This document shows, piece by piece, positions 1 through 12,358 of a stretch of DNA of 64,000 bases (the stretch's first letter is position 1; the number at the start of each line of letters is the position of its first letter). The stretch is from Eledone cirrhosa (taxonomy: Eukaryota): assembly GCA_964016885.1 (NCBI GenBank), contig OZ024741.1, positions 301,940,001 through 302,004,000 of the forward strand. Reading direction: 5' to 3'. The translations under genes and the position numbers were made by a program. The notes beneath the pieces are model-generated. The model was not told the origin of the DNA, did not search any database, and worked only from the letters and a program-made list of their open reading frames with translations.

Positions 1-1149
1 GAGGTGGCTAACGCGTACATCGCGTCCGTCATCTACTACCGCCTGACCGTCGTACCTTGTCCTAAGCCCCGCCTAACTGCGCTGGAGCGTTTGCTCTTTC
101 GCTTCTTGTGGAAGGGACGCGCTCCGATGGTCAGGCGGTCCATCTGCTGTCAACACCCGCTACGTGGAGGGCTGGGCATGCCGTGGCTGATGATGCGCAG
201 ACACGCGCTCAGGCTACGACATCTCCACCTCTTCCTCGACGGTGATCAGGTGTGGTCGCCGTTTGCTAGACACGTTTTTCCCCAGCTCGTCTCCTTGACG
301 GAGCTGCAGTCCTGGGTCAAGCGAAGACCGAGAGGGAGCGCTTGGAGACTGGAATGTCTTCAGGCGCTCACAGCCCTCGACCAATCGGGCAATGTGATCG
401 GTGGAAACTCCACCTTGGCGTTCTATAGGGGATTAGTGGAGGGGAAGAGCGACGACGTACTTGGAGAAACTCTAGGCGTCGACGAAAATCAACTAGCCAA
501 TCTCTTCGGAAGGACTTTCGGGCTGGGGCCTATGGACAACTTCCAGAAATCCCTGGCCTGGCAGTGCTACCGGGGTGCTTTGCCAGTTCGGGATAAACTT
601 TACAGGCATGGAAGTGCCGTCAGCCGGGCATGTCCGAGATTCGCACAGGGCGACGAAACCGTCCTGCACGCACTCGTCCAGTGTCCGAGCATTGCTGACT
701 TGTGGGTTTATGTCGAACACCTGCTGTCACGTGTAGGACGGATCCAGCTATCAGCTGAGTCCATCGTGAGGATTGCCCCGCCATCTTCCTTTAGCCGGGA
801 AGGGCAGGCAGTTTTTATCTGTCTGGTGGCCATGGCGAAAGAGATAGTATGGTGGACACGTTTGAAAGGGCTGAAGACGAGCACTTACCTCTTCGGTGAT
901 GCCCTGATTAACTTTTTCAAATTTCATCTGAAAAGGAAAATCAGGGTAGAGAGGGAAGTGCTCTCTTCCCAGCATTTTGTTGAAAGATGGGTGAGAGAAG
1001 CAAGTATGGCCCGAATGAATGGGCCTTCTCTGAGTATGTGTCTGTAAATTAAAGGTGGAAAACTGGGAGAGGGCACTTGCCCTGGTGGTCAGGGCCACTG
1101 TGGTCTTTTAATGGGCTTTCTCCACAAATGTCCCTCGGAAGTCTCCCCC
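1..1149 (+). mobile_element. Tx1/L1-clade non-LTR retrotransposon: 3' part of ORF2 (post-RT region + zf-RVT) and partial 3' UTR
   Basis: ORF 4..1047 has FLWKG...GGLG, W...RGALPV, CPR..GDET.LHAL..C (zf-RVT-like). The 3' UTR is near-identical to 8359-8470 and to the minus copy at 63131-64000. Confidence 0.9.
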
Positions 1150-1224
1150 AGTACCAGTAATGCACTGGGTAATTGCTGGCCTTGTGCCTAAAGTAGAAAC
1201 AATTATTATTATTATTATTATTAT
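1150..1224 (+). mobile_element. 3' tail of tRNA-derived SINE plus (ATT)n
   Basis: AGTACCAGTAATGCACTGGGTAATTGCTGGCCTTGTGCCTAAAGTAGAAAC matches the SINE end at 23901-23952, followed by ATT repeats. Confidence 0.8.
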
Positions 1225-2745
1225 TGTTCTTTGAGTCTTAGTCATTGATGTTATTTAACTGGAAAGTTTGTTGAAATGAATATCAAGCCGCTACCTGCAG
1301 CCTCAGATATCCAGGACGTATCGGAGGGTTCTTGCTGTTCCCAGCAAGCATGCCTTTTGAAGTGTTCCAAAAAGCAGGGCTGGACTAACTTTCTTTAACA
1401 TCCTTGGAAACTCTTTGAGATAGTACCTAGTGCGCCTATGACAATCGGGACAACACTGATTTCATGGCAGTTCCAAATCCTTTTTACCTCCCACTTTAAG
1501 TCTTGGTATCGGTTAATTTTCTCCCTCTCCTTCTCTTGCACTCTCGTGTCAAATGAGCAGGCTACATCTACAATCAGGCACGATCTTTTTTCCTTTTCCA
1601 AAACCACCAGGTCAGGTCTATTGCGTTCTAATTTCTTATCCGTCTGTATCCTAAAATCACATAGCACCTTCACCTGATCGTTTTCTATCACTGACTCTGG
1701 CTTATGCTCATACCACTTCTCAGAATGTGGTAAATTGTTTACTTTGCATAGGTGCCAGTGGATCACCCTTCCCATCACATCATGTCTCCAGCCTTTATAG
1801 TGAGTCTGGGTTAGGTGTTTACACTCGGATACAATGTGAGCCACAGTCTCCTCTCTCTCTCCACAGATCCTACACAGTGGGCTAGCCTCCACCTTGTAAA
1901 TATGGTATTTCACCCACTTCGTTTTGAGTGCCTGCTCTTGCGCAGCCATTAGCATTCCTTCTGTAGCCTTTTTAAGGTCTCCTCTTTTTGACCAGTTCCA
2001 TGTCTGTGGATCTCTAAATTCAGTTTTCTCAAAGAAGGTACTATGAAGGGATTTTTCATGAAGGTTGCTCTTCCTCCTTGTTGTTATTTCCTCCTTGGGC
2101 ATCCCCTGGTCTATTGTTCTCTCCTTCAGTACAATTCTGAGCATTGCTTCCCTACTGTCGGTCACATATTTGTGCAGGTTGTTTTTCTCCATCTGAACAC
2201 AATCCTCTATGCTGATAAGACCTCTTCCACCTTCAGATCTCTTTAAGTAGAGTCTATCGACATCACTCCTCTTGTGGAACATGTTGTAGATAGTCAATAG
2301 CTTCCTAGTCTTCCTATCCATTTCGTTTTGTTCAGCAACATTTCATTTCAGAATTCCCGCACTGTACCTAATAATAGACACAGTTCGGGAATTCACTGCA
2401 CTTATGACATTCCTACTATTTAGATGTGATTTTAATACGCTCCTTACTCTCCTAATGTACTCAGATCTTATCAATTCCTTTATTTTTTTGTTCTTGATGT
2501 CATCTGCCTCCAGAACACCTAAATATTTGTATCCTTCTTCAGTGTCAATTTCCTTTATCATCTCACCTGTTGGTTCCTTGATTCCGTTGCTTCTGCTCAA
2601 TTTACCCCCTCTTCATCACTAGAACTCCACACTTATTAATACCAAATTGCATACATATATCACTGCTGAAAATACGGACAGTGTCAAGAAGTACATCCAA
2701 CTCCCAATCGTTGATACTTGCTTGTTGAGCCCATACAGTATCGAC
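1225..2745 (-). mobile_element. R4/Dong-like RLE non-LTR retrotransposon, 5'-truncated and degenerate
   Basis: ORFs 2343..2600 and 1395..2321 contain YKYLG, RLYL.RSEGGRGL, CCHC CRICGEREETVAHIVSEC and RLE RPDLVV...IVDVAC. The 3' end abuts (TAA)n. Confidence 0.9.
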
Positions 2746-3309
2746 TCAGAAATAACTATTGTTCTGAACACAATCAATTAAAACACTCCATAGAAGTTTT
2801 GATTGAATATCCAACTTAATGTTCTATTTGTTGAGACATTATAAACTGATTACATGTGGAAATGAACAATTTTATTGGCTAAAATTACACACGAAGGTGT
2901 CATCTGATTGCATTAAATTTCTTGCAAGTTGAAATTATTAACACCTACCTTTAACCATATTTATCAGTAATGTGCAATTCACCACGAAGAGAAAACTAAT
3001 GGATAATAACCAGATATTGCAATTAACAGTTAGTGAAATTATTTTCATTTGAGTTTTCTTAAGTTAGATTTTAGCCTCACTCGTTATGTTACGAAATCGA
3101 GTAATTTGCGTCTATATCTATAGCAATGCACCCACAAGTAGCTCAATTCTTATTATTATTATTATTATTTGCATTTATCTTGCTTTATGTTCATACGAGT
3201 TATCACCAAGTCACAACCAGTGACCTCAAGAGACAACAAGGTCCGCCATGTTCAAGAAAGAACATACATATTCACACATGCATCTTTAGTGTTTAGACTT
3301 GTGATGTAC

Positions 3310-3993
3310 TTATATTGACAGAATCTTCCTTAGTATATGGGCAGTTCCCATTAGTACTATCTTTTGTATTTCTCCTATACGCGGGTTTCCTGGGATTTGC
3401 GATATGTAATCATTAGACCCCTTAGGTATCATTCCCAGAGCGCCTACAACCACTGGTATTGTTTTAGTTCTCAATTTCCACATTTTTCCAATTTCTATCT
3501 CCAGGTCCTTATACTTGCTCAATTTTTCAAATGTTTTTATAGATACATTCTTGTCTATTGGAACAGACATATCAATTAGCAGGCATACCCTCTTTTGAAA
3601 GTCTTTCAATATTATATCAGGTCTGTTTGCATCTATTTTTCGGTCTGTTTGGATGCTAAAGTTCCACAAGATTGAGATGTGATCTTTTTCAAGTATGGGA
3701 GGTGGTTGATGCTCCCACCAATTCTTTTGATGGGGCAGGTCAAAATGCTTACACATTATCCAATGTATGTATTGTGCAGCTCTGTCATGCCTGTTTAGGT
3801 ATTCGGTTGGAGCTATAGGACTGCACATTGAAATTATATGGTCAATGGTCTCTGGCTGTTTTTTGCATACACGGCATAATGGGCTGCACCCATTTTTTAT
3901 TATGTTGGCTTGGTAATTTTTTGTTGGCAGACACTGATCTTGTGCCGATATAATCAGTCCTTCAGTCTCCGATTTCAGTCCAGAGGATGCCAA
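3310..3993 (-). CDS. C-terminal CCHC + restriction-like endonuclease part of the same polyprotein
   Basis: AQDQ, CRVCKKQPETIDHIISMC, RHD, NRPDII...IDMSVP, K..KY, PVVVGALG. Confidence 0.88.
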   Translation of the reverse strand: MASSGLKSETEGLIISAQDQCLPTKNYQANIIKNGCSPLCRVCKKQPETIDHIISMCSPIAPTEYLNRHDRAAQYIHWIMCKHFDLPHQKNWWEHQPPPILEKDHISILWNFSIQTDRKIDANRPDIILKDFQKRVCLLIDMSVPIDKNVSIKTFEKLSKYKDLEIEIGKMWKLRTKTIPVVVGALGMIPKGSNDYISQIPGNPRIGEIQKIVLMGTAHILRKILSI

Positions 3994-4097
3994 CCACTGA
4001 TGGGTTAAAGTTTTGTCAACATCAGGATTGTTAGCTCGCTCTGGGTATTTTCCATACAGAGGCTTTTCTTGCCATTTCTTAGCCGTTTCTGTAGCAG

Positions 4098-6719
4098 TTA
4101 TTTCTTTGCAGTTACTTTTACCTGCTTTGCTTTTTCTGTGTTTTCCATTTCAGCAGTAAATGGGACTTCTGAAATTTGTAGTCCATTACTGTATCTTTGT
4201 GCGTCTTTTGTAATGGAATATGATCTTTTGATGCTTTCGTGTTTCAAAACGAGTTTGATCATCCAATCATGTGATTCCCTTAGATATGTAGATAATCCAA
4301 TTGTTGCAGTTTTCAACGCAATGTCTAACTGGATTAACCCACGTCCTCCTTCTTTCCTAGGGAGATATATTCTATCTATATCTGCTTTAGGGTGATGCAT
4401 TCTGTGCATGGTTAAGAATTTTCGAATTTTTGTATCGAGCCTACGGATCTCTGTGCTTGACCAGTTGATGACATTGTAACTGTAGGTTACTACTGGTATG
4501 GCAAGCGTGTTTATGGCATCGATCCTATTCCTTGCATTCAATTCCGTTTTTAAGATTGCTCTCACTCTGCGGTAACATTCCTTCCTTATCCTTTCCCTCA
4601 TTGTCGAGTGCTTGATTCCGTCTCCTTCACAAACACCTAGATATTTGTAAGTTTTTTCTTGATCAAATTCTCTTATCACGTTCCCCCGATCAAGATTAAT
4701 GTCTGAACTCTTCAGCAGCTTTCCTCTGGTGAACGTTGCTTTGGCGCATTTATCTAGTCCAAACTCCATTTTAATGTCATCACTGAACTGCTTCACAGTG
4801 GATAATAGCCCTTGCAATTGTTCATCATTTTTTGCAAATAGTTTCAGGTCATCCATGTAGAACAGGTGATTAATGGTTTTGTCATAGACTTTATATCCAT
4901 GATTTGTTTCATTGAGCATTTTACTTAATGGTATAAGTGCGATGCAGAATAAAAGCGGTGATAAAGAGTCACCCTGAAAAATTCCACACTTAATATTAAC
5001 TTCTCCAGCTTCCAGTGATTTTGTTTCACTATTCAAAAGGAGTGTCGTTTTCCATGTCTTCATACTGAATGACAAAAACCTCCTGACAACGGGGGATACT
5101 TTGAAAATCTCTAAACATTTTTCAATCCAACTGTGTGGCAAACTATCAAATGCTTTTTTATAATCTATCCAAGCAATCGATAGATTTTTATGTCTATTAT
5201 GACAATCTTCCAGTATCATTTTGTTAACCAGAAGCTGATCCTTACAGCCATATGAGTCTCGTTTACACCCTTTCTGCTCAATGGGAAATAGGTCATTTGT
5301 TATCAGGTGGTCATATGTGTATTCAGTTAGGACTGATGTTAAAAATTTATACATTGTGGTCAAGCAAGTTATCGGTCTGTAATGTTTGGGATTGTTTGTC
5401 TCATCATTCTTCGGAAGCAGGAATGTAATGCCGTTAACTAGCCATGATGGTATCTTTTCTGGCTCCTTAACTATTTCATTGTAAAGTTGGGCTAACAGCT
5501 CATGAGACTCTGTGAAGGTATTTATCCAAAAGTTTTGTATTTTGTCTTTTCCTGGGGATTTCCATTTGCTGGTTTTTCTTAGAGCCAAGCGCAACTGTTC
5601 AACTGTTATATTTTCCCATATTTGTTCCTCGAGGTGAGCTGTATCTTTCATTTGTCTGTCTATCCATGGGGCATGTATGTTATGGACTTTTTCTTCGGCC
5701 CAGATCTTTTCCCAGAATTCTTGCACTTCCTCCTTGAGTGGTATTGATTTAGCAGTTATTGTTGACTTACCAATTTTTCTGTAGAAGTTTCTTTGGTTGT
5801 TTTTGAACATATTATTGTCCTTATAGAATCTAGATCGTTTTTCAAAGCGCCTTATACGAGCAGCTTTGGCCGACACTTTTTGCTTGATTATTTCTATCAG
5901 CATGTCTATGTCACTTGTTGATTTTATACTGTACTTTCTTTTCAATTTTCTAAGTTTAGTTTGTTTAACATGTTCACCTACTTTATAGTTTGTTAAAATT
6001 TCTATGTCAGATCGGAGAAGGTTTATTTGGCGATTGATGTTCTCTTGCCAAGTAGATTTCTTGTGGGAATTCCTTTGTTTTTTCATCTTCACTCCACATA
6101 AGTGAGTGGTGACTTTAGCCGATGCATAATAGAGATGATTTAAATCAGTAATGTTTAGTATGTTTGTGATGATAATGTTTTTGAGAATTATGTTAGTCTT
6201 GTGTATTATCTTTTGGTTCTGTTTGGAGTTCTGGATCTTAGGGAGGATGTCTCGTTGCCCCATGTCAGATTCTTTCATTTTCATCCATTCGATCATAATT
6301 TCATCCTTCAAGTTGGCAAGTTCATTCTCATTCATTTCTTTATCATTTACGATCTCATTATTTTCATTTGGAGTTTCATCCTGAGCATGCACTCCCTCCA
6401 CTTTTTCGATCCTTTCTTTAATTTTTTCTGTTGCCAGTGATTCCGCCCCAACCCTGGGATTCGAAGTGTTACAGTTTACCTCGTTTTCACTGACACATGT
6501 TTCTTTTTCCCTTCGCTGACTTTGTGCTAATAGCTTGATCTGATCAATTTCTATATCAGTTAGTAACTTTTTTCTTACAATATTTCTTCGTATATTGGCT
6601 AGTTTGTTGCTGTCAATATAGCTTCTGTTTTCGGGATGTTTCTTTTTTCCAGTTGATATATGTCTGTTCTGTATTCGATGTATTTGATGGGTAGTACATG
6701 GCAGTGTAGAAAGCCTCAA
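4098..6719 (-). CDS. Reverse transcriptase polyprotein (N-terminal region + RT) of the R4/Dong-like element
   Basis: KSPGKD, YRPITCL, EQKG, WIDYKKAFDS, GIFQGDSLSPLLF, HLFYMDD, YKYLG. A 1-nt frameshift near 4100 (AAG AAA TAA vs AAG AAA ATA ACT) separates it from the downstream ORF. Confidence 0.9.
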   Translation of the reverse strand: MRLSTLPCTTHQIHRIQNRHISTGKKKHPENRSYIDSNKLANIRRNIVRKKLLTDIEIDQIKLLAQSQRREKETCVSENEVNCNTSNPRVGAESLATEKIKERIEKVEGVHAQDETPNENNEIVNDKEMNENELANLKDEIMIEWMKMKESDMGQRDILPKIQNSKQNQKIIHKTNIILKNIIITNILNITDLNHLYYASAKVTTHLCGVKMKKQRNSHKKSTWQENINRQINLLRSDIEILTNYKVGEHVKQTKLRKLKRKYSIKSTSDIDMLIEIIKQKVSAKAARIRRFEKRSRFYKDNNMFKNNQRNFYRKIGKSTITAKSIPLKEEVQEFWEKIWAEEKVHNIHAPWIDRQMKDTAHLEEQIWENITVEQLRLALRKTSKWKSPGKDKIQNFWINTFTESHELLAQLYNEIVKEPEKIPSWLVNGITFLLPKNDETNNPKHYRPITCLTTMYKFLTSVLTEYTYDHLITNDLFPIEQKGCKRDSYGCKDQLLVNKMILEDCHNRHKNLSIAWIDYKKAFDSLPHSWIEKCLEIFKVSPVVRRFLSFSMKTWKTTLLLNSETKSLEAGEVNIKCGIFQGDSLSPLLFCIALIPLSKMLNETNHGYKVYDKTINHLFYMDDLKLFAKNDEQLQGLLSTVKQFSDDIKMEFGLDKCAKATFTRGKLLKSSDINLDRGNVIREFDQEKTYKYLGVCEGDGIKHSTMRERIRKECYRRVRAILKTELNARNRIDAINTLAIPVVTYSYNVINWSSTEIRRLDTKIRKFLTMHRMHHPKADIDRIYLPRKEGGRGLIQLDIALKTATIGLSTYLRESHDWMIKLVLKHESIKRSYSITKDAQRYSNGLQISEVPFTAEMENTEKAKQVKVTAKK

Positions 6720-6740
6720 GGACTTCTTTATTATCTTCCC

Positions 6741-6786
<46 letters not shown>

Positions 6787-8617
6787 GGCGACCTACGTAG
6801 TAAATCGTATCATCGTGAGCTCCGCAAAGGTTTGTTATTTTCAGCTGTTCAAAATTGCCATTCATGGAAAATGTTATTGTTAACTGTATATAAGTGCACA
6901 TACATTGTTATCTGAAAAAGACACCCAAAAAGATTGGGGCCTTGAGCCCAAAATTTAAACTTTTATAATTATCAAACAAAAATTTTTCTTTGAAATATCA
7001 TGGCTGACTCAGAGGCACTCCTTTCTCACAAACAAACACCTTACACCGACACCACCATTGTAAATATTACTACGTTTGCCAACACTAAAAATATAAGCAG
7101 TAGCAATATTTTAAATTTGTCTCAGCCAGACATTCATTTCCCGCCATTACCAATGACTGCAGGTGTTAAAGCCGCCACCACCACAGCGACAACCCCCACC
7201 CCCACCACCACCGCGACAACAGAAACAAAAGAAAAAAATAAATTAACTCGTGATATCGAAATGAATTCAACCAAAATGAACTCTTCCACACCGAACACCA
7301 CTGACGCCACCACCACCACAACTGAAATTAAAATTAATAATAAAAAAAAATAACGATAACAACAACACCAACAATGACATTAAGAAAACCACCCTGAGTT
7401 TTGCCAGAGTAGCAAAACAGTGCGAAGCATTTCAGGTAACTCAGGAGAAATTAGAAGAAGCCAAAAAAATGGTAAAGAAAGATGGGTACAGGGTCAGCCT
7501 CACCAAGCGGACCAAAAAAGCATTGAGGAGATCCCGGAGGTAATAGACCTCACTGACGGCAGCCACCCGACCGTAATCGTCGAGAGCAGAAGGCCTAGGT
7601 GTGTCGTTTGTGGTGAAGGAACCCACCTAAGGGCTTTCTGCCCTCAGGCTAAAAGGTTGAGGCCACCTCTCTTGCCCACCCCAGTGACTCAGCCATCAAC
7701 TCCACCAGCAGCAGAGATGGCAGCAACAACTGTAGCAGCAACAACTGTAGCAGCAACAACAGAAGCAACTGTTACAGCAACAATCCCAGCAACAGTAGCA
7801 AAACCAACACCACCACCACCCAACGCGCCAGAACTAGCACCAGCACCTTCACCATCCACCACGCCACAACCAAAACCAACGCCTGTGGGGAATTTTCCAC
7901 TCCCCGGCCTATCACAACTGGAGACAGATTGTGACGACGAGGAGTGGGAAACGGTATCAGGAAAAAAGTAAAAAAGAAACCAAAAAAGAAAAAATTCTCT
8001 TCCTTCCCCCTCCAAAAACGAAATACAGAGGGAAACAAATAAACTATCAAAAAAGTTAGGACAGATATGCCACCATCTACACCAGCATCACCAACCCCAT
8101 CACCACAAACACCAACACCATCACCATCAGTAACCCCAACACCACCATCACCAACACCACAAAAGTCACCAAAAAGAGAAACAGAAACAAACCCACAACA
8201 AACGCAAACAAAACAACCAAAACGATACACACTACACAGCATTAAATTTGAACAACAACCAATTATTACACTACATCCAACACAACACCAGCATCACAGA
8301 AAAAGACTACACAACAACCCACACCACCTCCACACATGCAAATCACTTGCATCACACATGTGTCTGTAAATTAAAGGTGGAAAACTGGGAGAGGACACTT
8401 GCCCTGGTGGTCAGGGTCACTGTGGCCTTTTAATGGGCTTTCTCCACAAATGTCCCTCGGAAGTCTCCCCTCTATTGGGGAATTTTTCATTGTTATTTTT
8501 TAAAACATCCTCTGTTTTTTTTTTTATACGCAGAAATGCCCATTTGTACCGTCCTGTATTGTCCTGTACTGTCCTTAATGTCTACTTTATGTAAACCCTT
8601 GTGGTTAATAAAGAAAG

Positions 8618-8670
<53 letters not shown>
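6787..8670 (+). mobile_element. Internally deleted, non-autonomous Tx1-like element (ORF1 remnant + 3' UTR) in (ATT)n
   Basis: ORF 7420..7971 has a CX2CX4HX4C knuckle (CVVCGEGTHLRAFC). From ~8359 the sequence matches the Tx1 3' end (ATGTGTCTGTAAATTAAAGGTGG...AAAGAAAGC), followed by (ATT)n. Confidence 0.75.
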
Positions 8671-8671
<1 letters not shown>

Positions 8672-8975
8672 CATTCTTTGAGTCTCAGTCATTGATGTTA
8701 TTTAACTGGAAAGTTTGTTCAAATGAATATCAAGCCGCTACCTGCAGCCTCATATATTCAGGAGGTATCGGAGGGTTTTTGCTGTTCCCAGCAAGCATGC
8801 CTTTTGAAGTGTTCCAAAAAGCAGGGCTGGACTAACTTTCTTTAACATCCTTGGAAACTCTTTGAGATAGTACCTAGTGCGCCTATGACAATCGGGACGA
8901 CCTTGATCTCATGACAATCCTAAATCGTTTTTAACTCCCACTTTAAATCCTGGTATCGGTTAATTTTCTCTTCTT
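8672..8975 (-). mobile_element. 3'-terminal fragment of the same R4/Dong family as 1225-2745
   Basis: High visible identity to 1227-1530; abuts the (TAA)n tract. Confidence 0.88.
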
Positions 8976-9830
8976 CTTTAAAGAGAAAATATTCTTTGAA
9001 ATACATAAATATAAACTCTTATTTAGTTTTTTGTGTGTAAAGAGAATAAAAAGATTTTTGTTCGCATTTCAGTCTTTTCACAGCCAAATTTCTAAAAGCA
9101 TTATAGTTGCATCTACATGAAGTTTACTTACTTTCTTAGTAATGCCTTCATCGGTAGATCAAGGAAAACGACTCTCCATTTCATTTATACTTCTAATGTC
9201 ATGATGTCAAAAGTGTGCGTTAAAAGTGAGTTTTATTTACTAAATTATAGATTCCCTGGTAGGTATAATCTTCTCTAGATGTACATAATCAATGTTAAAC
9301 TGGATTTTTTTTATTCACGGAGAAACTTGGGAGCCACATTCTTCTATAAAATAAAATACACAGAAAAAACATTCAAGCAACATTCTTTAGCCAGGCTTGT
9401 ATCAGATACCCGTATCTGTTCCAGGAAATACATGTAATATCCTATATAAAGCAAAACTATTTTTGAAGGTCGTGATACCGTGTTGATTCTGAAATTCTAT
9501 ACATGTAAGATTGTGGGCATATATATTATATTTTGATGAAAAATATTTTATTTTACTTTTTTAAATCAATAAACTTTTTGAAGCATAAAGATAGGAATAA
9601 CAAATCCAGATAAAAGTTTTATTTCTTTGAAATATCTCTCAAATGGATTTCTTCAACGATATTCCGAATAACATGTTGAAATGCAAGCAATTGGATATAT
9701 TGATTGCAGGCAGGTATACTTCAGGTTCTAGCACATCGGTGAGATTGAAGTAACTAGACAGACAGAGAGATATATCAAGACGTGTGCGCGCATGCACATA
9801 GATCCAAATACGCATACATGTATGTGTGTA

Positions 9831-9863
<33 letters not shown>

Positions 9864-9930
9864 AATACATCTATATGTACATGTGTAGTGGTTTGGATGT
9901 GTATATATGTGTGTGTGTATGTGTGAGTTC

Positions 9931-10018
9931 ATACATACATACATACATACATACATACATACATACATACATACATACATACATACATACATACATACAT
10001 ACATACATACATACATAC
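9931..10018. repeat. (CATA)n microsatellite
   Basis: Direct reading. Confidence 0.98.
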
Positions 10019-10786
10019 GAATTGCGAAATTAACGCACCTTTTTACATATCTCATATGATCAAATTTAACTTTGGAATTGTAAAACCCATGGATATCGAT
10101 TGGTGTGCTGTAAAATCTGTTCAAATGGAATGAAAGATTATTCAGAAGATCTGCGTTTAAAAACAAATTCTAGAAACAAAATTTTGTTAAATCAAGAAAT
10201 CCGATATTTCACACTTGTCAAACGTCAATACAAAATACTGAGTGGTAAACAAATTTTACCTTGTAAACTTACTATATTTAAAATGTAAAAAGGACTAGAA
10301 ATCCTAAGACCGTTAATTTTGTGGGAATGGTTGGTAAATTTTCCACAATAGTAATTTTATCCTAATAGAATAGAGAGTAATAACAAGAACCCTAATCAAC
10401 TAAATACGTTCTCTATTTTGAAGTAGACACGATCTAAATGTGTACAGGAATCTGCTTTATACAGAGACAGAAAAGGAAAGTATTTTAAATCACAAAATTC
10501 TAGTAAACAACATAGAATTGATAAAAATAGCTCTCGACTATTTATGCAACTTTCTTTAACTGCTCATTGTTATCCATGTTACATCCATCTCAACTATTTC
10601 CTTTAAAATATTCACTTGTATTCCAGTAATAATCGTTTCTACTAACTGACACATTTGGAAAATTACCATCACTAACAGAGAGACCGGTCGATGTACACAG
10701 AGAATTAAATATCTACAAAGGATATTTTTAGAAACAAAGATAGGTATGAAAGTCAAAATCACTATCTTCAATTCAGTATTTGTGCC

Positions 10787-10995
10787 AACCCCTACCTATG
10801 GTCATGAATTTGGGGTAATGACTGAAAGAATACAATAGCAAATACAAGCAGCTGTAATGAGGTTCTTCCGAAGTGACTTTGGAGTAACGTTACTCGATAG
10901 AGTGCGTAGGTCAGAAATAAGAGAGTCGCTCCAGGTAGAGCCGCTATTTATCCAAATTGAGAGAACACCGCTCCGATATTACGGGCACGATATTA
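10787..10995 (+). mobile_element. Degenerate RTE-clade (Rex3/Expander-like) ORF C-terminal fragment
   Basis: Translates as SVFVPTPTYGHEF.VMTERI..QIQAAVMRF...GVTLLDRVRRSEIRESLQVEPL.IQIER..LRYYGH. Confidence 0.7.
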
Positions 10996-11392
10996 CTTTC
11001 AGAAGCAAGGGTCAAACATAACCCTATAAAAGTATAAAGATCTATAATTACTTAAGAAACGAGAAAATCAATTTATAAGACATTCGATTACAAATATAGT
11101 GTTCACTGCCTTTAATTTGGTTGAAACTTGATAAAATTAAATGGAACACTCTTTTCCAAAAGAATATTTACAGTAATATTTTGAGAAAACTATAAAAACA
11201 ATTCAATATCCATTTGCTTTTGTTTGGTATCAATATAGCTTAGGGGTTAGGATTAGGATTCAGCTGCTTTCCTCATTCCTGGTGAATTTTTTGCACTATT
11301 TTCGCAGCCAGTAAAATATCCATTATCACTGACTGGATCGAAAGCGCTTTCATAAAAAAAACAGTAAGTTTGCAGCAAAGATATTAAATAAT

Positions 11393-11500
11393 TGTTTCTA
11401 CACAAGGCCAGAAATTACCCAGTGCATTACTGGTACTTTATTTTATCGACCCCGTAAGGATGAAAGGCAAAGTTAACCTCGGCAGGATTTGAACTCAGAA
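11393..11500 (-). mobile_element. tRNA-derived SINE fragment (family A)
   Basis: TTTATCGACCCCGTAAGGATGAAAGGCAAAGTTAACCTCGGCAGGATTTGAACTCAG, matching 23765-23955. Confidence 0.85.
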
Positions 11501-12358
11501 TGGCAAAGATATTAAATAATGTCAGGTGTAATATATTTTCTAGCACAAGATAAATAAATATTTGTCTGCGAAAATTGTAGTGTTCTTTTTATCTATGTCT
11601 ATAAATTATAAATTCTTTGTTTAAGTCTTATTTTTATCATGACCATTAACTTTTGTGCGTTTCACATAGATTAAATTTTCTTATAAATCATTTTTCTACG
11701 TTACGGGATAATTCTAGTGAGCTTGAAACTTCAATTTTATTAGTAGGGATTTGAAATATTGTATTTTTATGGTTTAATTAGAGCTAATTTTAATGATGTA
11801 TCTATTAAAGATTTTGATCAGAATGAAAGGGTCTGTCTGTAGGTTTTCCATTGAATGAAAATTTGTGTATGAACATTATTGTATTACAGCGTCTCCTTTC
11901 CATCTCCAAATTGAGTACAAAATATTAAATTATGCAAAACCTTTTCATTATAAACTAATTAGCATGATCTGAATTTAACATAACTTTCATTTGATTTACT
12001 GCATGATTTGTGTAAGCTAGTTGTGAAATCTAGTTTGACACCAATGAAGATGTTTTGAAGCTAAAACTGCTAAAGTTGTGTATTATATCTTTTCTTAATA
12101 GGGTGAGCATATGGTCATTATTGCTTTTAATTATAGTTAAAGGTTTCCAATGACCAAGCCAAAAAATAGATAGTTAACGTTTTGCCAAGTACATCCTACG
12201 AGATATATATCAGTGCTATCATATAATTCTATACATACGTCGAGTATTTTCCTAGCACACATTATATATCAAAATCATTATTATCTATTGTATTCATATC
12301 AAAATTGAGAGAATCTATACATGTGCTTTTCGCGTTATTCTTAAATCACACAATAACA

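Larger units (their letters stand above)
3171..6740 (-). mobile_element. Near full-length R4/Dong-like RLE retrotransposon flanked by (TAA)n
   Basis: RT, CCHC and RLE domains in order; TAA arrays at both ends (3150-3170 and 6741-6786). Confidence 0.93.

Noticed and set aside
493-6440. Antisense ORFs overlapping retrotransposon ORFs
   Set aside because: Shadows of the coding strand with no recognisable motifs.
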